Shown here: piece after piece, positions 59,910-64,000 of the stretch | Numbering within the stretch: the stretch's first letter is position 1 | Layout: each line of letters begins with the position of its first letter | Origin: Planktothrix sp. GU0601_MAG3 | Lineage (GTDB): Bacteria; Cyanobacteriota; Cyanobacteriia; Cyanobacteriales; Microcoleaceae | Direction of reading: 5' to 3' | Assembly: GCA_035193785.1 (NCBI GenBank) | Contig: CP136572.1 | Span: 4,084,578 to 4,148,577 of the forward strand | Length of the DNA: 64,000 nt | Translations under genes and position numbers: made by a program | The notes under the pieces: generated by a model | Told to the model about the DNA's origin: nothing | The model's database searches: none | What the model saw: the letters and a program-made list of their open reading frames with translations, nothing else

Positions 59910-61509
59910 TTACTCATTTTCCCAATCATCTAAATAACGCTTTAATAACGGTTTAATATCCGCTTTAATGGGTTGTTCTTCTTCCTCAAGTTCAGTAGAA
60001 TTAAAATTAAGCGGTTCAATAATTTTGGCAAAAGCATCTTGAACAAATTGTTTCACAAATTCATCCCGACGAGTTAACTGAAATTGTCGTTGTACTACTT
60101 CTGTCATTCCGCCATCTCCCCAGTCTTGATCTTGGCGGAAATATTCAATAAAACTCTTACCAGCAATTCGGGTTAAATAGGCCGCACTCACCGCTTGAAT
60201 TGCCCGTCCGACCACTAAAGTTGCTAAATTCAATTGTAAGGCGGTTGAGACTAACTGAATCACCCCTTTAACCACTCCTAAACTTCCCAAGGTTTTCGCT
60301 AACGATAACGCCAATTCCCGACCCCGATCAGCATTTAATTCACACCCATATATTTTACCAATTTCGATCACCATTTGGGTATTAACTGCCGCCGTTGCAA
60401 TTAAATCAATTACGGGTAAAGGTGTTAACGCAATTACCCCCGCACCTATCCATTGAAACCGCTCCACAATTTTTTCTGCTTCCCGTTTTCGTTGGCTATC
60501 AATTAATAGTCGGGCTTCTTCTCCTAAGCGTTGGGATTGTAATAAAATATTATCGGCAATTAATTCTTCTCCTTCGGCTCTTAAAATTATTGCTATCCGT
60601 CGAATTAAGGGCATAATATCCGGTTCTGGTTGGATAATTTCCCCAGTTTCTAATTTAATTGGTTGCGGATTTGCTGCGATAGAAATTACATCATTTCCAT
60701 CTAAAAATAGTTTAACTCGATCTTTGATTTTCGCTAAAATAATATTTTTATCAGCTTCTGGGTATAAATCTATTTTATTTAAAATAATTAGCGATCGCTT
60801 GCCAATTTCAACTAAGGCTTGTAAAGATTGATATTCCGATTGTCTTAAATCATTATCTAAAACAAATAATAATAAATTAGCATCCATCGCCACCGAACGC
60901 GCTAATTTTCCCCGCTCAGACCCAGCTATTCCTGCTTCTAAGATTCCTGGGGTATCAGTAATTAAAATTTCTCGGTCAATTCCCTCTAGTTTTAAATGAT
61001 AGGTTTCTCCCACTTCCGTTGTTCCCATGGGTGCATTAACTTTCCCCACCATTCGACCCATTAAAGCATTAACTAAAGAGGTTTTTCCCGCCGACCCCGT
61101 ACCAAATACAACCACTTGAATATTACCTTTAGCTAATTCAGAAGCGATATCTTGAGAACGACTTAATAACGCTTTTTTAGCAATTTCATCTTGAATTTGA
61201 GTAACCTGTTGTTGTACGGATTTGAGCGATGCTTCCGCCGCTTCTATTTTGTCTAAAGGTATTTTTAAAGGTCGCCGTTTTTTACGAGATTTTCCTGATT
61301 TTTGGAAGAATCGAGTATAATAAAAAAAGGCAAAAATTGCCAATCCCAACAGGATAATTAACAACAAAAGTAGCAAATTTGCTAAAATAGGATTAGCTGA
61401 CCAAATCACCTGACTATAAAGAGCCGATAGGGAAACTAACCAGCCAAATCATTAACCCTAAAATCAGGCAAATTCCAAAAATTAAAAGTAAATAGCGAGA
61501 GATGGGCAT
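59910..61509 (-). CDS. Membrane GTPase with DUF697 (YcjF-like); frameshift at 61432-61436
   Basis: GTGSAGKTS, DTPG, NKID, TPLPVIDL, DWGDGG. Confidence 0.85.
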
Positions 61510-61571
61510 AATGCGATCGCTCCAACCTTAAATTAGCCAACTTTGTCTTTCTATACTAAAGAATAATAACT

Positions 61572-61784
61572 CGTAGTAAGCCCTTCAGGGCTTTCTTATT
61601 AAAAAGAATAGAATAGAGGCGTAAATGTAGTAAGCCCTTCAGGGCTTTCTTAAAAAAGATGGAATGGAGCCCTGAAGGGCTTACTACGAGGATGGAATAA
61701 GCCCTGAAGGGCTTACTACGGGGGTGGAATGGAGCCCTGAAGGGCTTACTACGGGGATGGAATAAGCCCTGAAGGGCTTACTAC
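61572..61784. repeat. REP cluster: two GTAGTAAGCCCTTCAGGGCT units facing four AGCCCTGAAGGGCTTACTAC units (~32-bp period)
   Basis: Direct inspection. Confidence 0.9.
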
Positions 61785-62362
61785 GGGGGCGGGAGAATTT
61801 GATGGATAGTTGATACTTGTTGATCGTAGTTTTCTTGAGTTAAAACAGGAACCATATTTTCTAGTGAAATTGTTTTTTGTAACTCAATCCAAGACCGACA
61901 TCCCCGATAATTAGGATGATCGGGAATATCATAAACTTGAGATAATTTATAGGTTCTCAGCAATAGAATATAAAGGGGTTGATGGGGTTTGAATTGAAGG
62001 CGATCGCGCACAAATTCTTGATTCCAAATATGATATTTTATTAAGGAATTGATTAAGGATTCATTTTGAGAATTATGCCATGATAAAATATGAGTAATTT
62101 CAGCATAACTGCTGATTTTAACGGTTTCAGGATGCCAACCAGAAGGGACAGGTTGCACAAGATTCGCATATTCAGGTTTTAATAAAGTGGGTTTTTGATG
62201 TTCCAGGGTAGGATAGAGTAGAATTTGATCGTGATCTACCTTAAATTTTCCCCCTTGTTCGCGAATTCCTCCTTTTCTTAATAACATAATGGTTTTGCCC
62301 AGTTCTAAGGCTTGAATGGCAATATCCCATTCTTTTAAAGCATAATTGGTTCCGGTTTCCAT
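61781..62362 (-). CDS. DUF1802 family protein
   Basis: ALKEW...LLRKGGIRE...LYPT.EHQ...GCRSW. Confidence 0.88.
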   Translation of the reverse strand: METGTNYALKEWDIAIQALELGKTIMLLRKGGIREQGGKFKVDHDQILLYPTLEHQKPTLLKPEYANLVQPVPSGWHPETVKISSYAEITHILSWHNSQNESLINSLIKYHIWNQEFVRDRLQFKPHQPLYILLLRTYKLSQVYDIPDHPNYRGCRSWIELQKTISLENMVPVLTQENYDQQVSTIHQILPPP

Positions 62363-62431
62363 AGGTTGATTTTAGATGTCAATTGTCTCTAATTTTAGAT
62401 ATAATAATAACCTACAACTGAGGAAATTAAC

Positions 62432-63394
62432 ATGGAAAAACGAATTCTAGGTCAATCTGATATTTTGATTACTCCCATTTTAATTGGAACTTGGCAAGCG
62501 GGAAAACGGATGTGGGTGGGTATTGAAGATGCAGAAACAATTAAAGCCATTCGTGCCGCCTTTGATGCGGGTATTACAACTGTTGATACCGCAGAAATTT
62601 ATGGCGAAGGACACTCGGAACAAATTGTGGCTCAAGCCCTATCTGATGTCCGAGATCAAGTTATTTATGCTAGTAAAGTGTTTGCCAATCATTTAAAATA
62701 TGATCAGGTGATTGAAGCCTGTGAACGATCTTTAAAAAATCTGAATACCGATTATATTGACCTCTATCAAATTCATTGGCCTTCTGGATCTATGAATTCG
62801 GAAATTGTTCCCATTGCCGAAACCATGAGGGCTTTAAATCACTTAAAAGAACAGGGGAAAATTCGAGCAATTGGTGTTTCTAATTTTTCTCGTTCTCAGT
62901 TAGAAGAAGCTGCCCAATATGGGAGAATTGAAAGTTTACAACCGCCCTATTCTTTATTCTGGCGTCATGTAGAAAAAGATGCCATGCCCTATTGCATTGA
63001 ACAGAATATTTCGATTTTAGCCTATTCTCCCTTAGCCCAAGGTTTATTAACCGGAAAATTCGGCATTAATCATCAATTTGCCGAAGGAGATCATCGGTCT
63101 AAAAATAAGTTATTTTCCGATAAAGAGCATTATCAACGGGTACAAAATGCCCTAGACCAATTAAGACCCATTGCCGAAGTTTATCACTGTACTTTAGGAC
63201 AATTAGCGATCGCTTGGTTAATTGCTCAACCCCAAACTAACGCAATTATTGGGTTTAGAAATCCCGAACAAGCCCAACAAAATACTCTAGCAACTGAGAT
63301 TATTCTTTCGCCCGAAGATCTCGCAGAAATTGATAAAATTGGACGAACTGTTACTGATTATTTAGATGATAGTCCGGTGATGTGGAATTTTTAA
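62432..63394 (+). CDS. Aldo/keto reductase
   Basis: DTAEIYG, IDLYQIHWP, IGVSNF, YSPLAQGLLTGK. Confidence 0.95.
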   Translation: MEKRILGQSDILITPILIGTWQAGKRMWVGIEDAETIKAIRAAFDAGITTVDTAEIYGEGHSEQIVAQALSDVRDQVIYASKVFANHLKYDQVIEACERSLKNLNTDYIDLYQIHWPSGSMNSEIVPIAETMRALNHLKEQGKIRAIGVSNFSRSQLEEAAQYGRIESLQPPYSLFWRHVEKDAMPYCIEQNISILAYSPLAQGLLTGKFGINHQFAEGDHRSKNKLFSDKEHYQRVQNALDQLRPIAEVYHCTLGQLAIAWLIAQPQTNAIIGFRNPEQAQQNTLATEIILSPEDLAEIDKIGRTVTDYLDDSPVMWNF

Positions 63395-63509
63395 AAGGTG
63401 ATATTCTTAACCCATTCCCCATCACGGATTTAAGAGAATTACGCACATTAACCCTGCCCTCAACTTGATTAAGAGACAGATTAAAATCCGTGAAATCCGT
63501 GAAATCCCC

Positions 63510-64000
63510 TTAAATCTGTGATCCAAATCCTTGCTGAGACACTAATTCAATGCAAAGTTGATTCACAACTTCCGCATCTACCTGTTTTGGCAAGGTAGAA
63601 TTTTCCGCCGCTTGGTCGAGTTTTTCATATAAACCTTTAGCAATTTCCATCACCTGATCATAGGAATATTTCCCTTTTTTGATGGCTAATAATTCCTGGG
63701 CATCTCCGGTTTCTCGACGGTCTACTATCAAAGATTGAGTTTCTAAAACCTCAATTCCGGTTTTTAATAGCCGAATTGCTTGCATGGCAAATTTGCAATC
63801 ATATCCCACCTTTGCCTCCATTTCCGCCCGGTCTCGATTGCGATTTTTCTTCCAATCCTGATAATGTTGGTATTCTCGACAAGCCCTTTGATACTGTTGA
63901 CTTTTTTGCAATAATTGGATAAAATCATTGGAGGAATTAGATAACTTTTGAGTCATTTCTAAAGTAGATTCTGGTAAGGGATACTGTTTTAAAATCCCTT
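63510..64000 (-). CDS. C-terminal part of a predicted nucleotidyltransferase (RlaP/YcgL-like, Pol-beta superfamily); 5' end outside window
   Basis: YQDWKKNRNRDRAEMEAKVGYDCKFAMQAIRLL...LLAIKKG..LPKQVD. Confidence 0.7.
   Translation of the reverse strand, partial: GILKQYPLPESTLEMTQKLSNSSNDFIQLLQKSQQYQRACREYQHYQDWKKNRNRDRAEMEAKVGYDCKFAMQAIRLLKTGIEVLETQSLIVDRRETGDAQELLAIKKGKYSYDQVMEIAKGLYEKLDQAAENSTLPKQVDAEVVNQLCIELVSQQGFGSQI

Noticed and set aside
61572..61784. CRISPR-like array
   Set aside because: The ~20-bp palindromic units are separated by 11-12-nt near-identical linkers, occur in both orientations and at other loci, and no cas genes are present: these are REPs.

Overview
Chromosomal window of a filamentous cyanobacterium. 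Frequent HIP1 GCGATCGC sites, heptamer STRR arrays, petBD, ctpA and ntcB support this; Planktothrix/Oscillatoriales-like is my inference from repeat style and AT-richness. Housekeeping genes include uvrA, mrdA, aroK, tex, glgP, nirB-ntcB-cnaT-mobA, galE, petB/petD, ctpA and tRNA-Phe. Accessory elements include two toxin-antitoxin pairs, a DNA-phosphorothioation-associated methyltransferase-like gene, a GTPase + WD40 module with a decayed tandem copy, NACHT-gene relics, an MHYT/cyanobacteriochrome kinase followed by an adenylate cyclase, three MITE families and GTAG-type REPs. The strongest signal is about 30 frameshifts, including in essential petB. Every one I traced is repaired by shortening GAAAC to GAAC or GTTTC to GTTC (one case needs two bases removed). 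GAAC/GTTC is the canonical Dnd phosphorothioation motif, so these are most likely read errors at modified backbone sites rather than pseudogenes. Split genes are therefore reported as single reconstructed CDSs.
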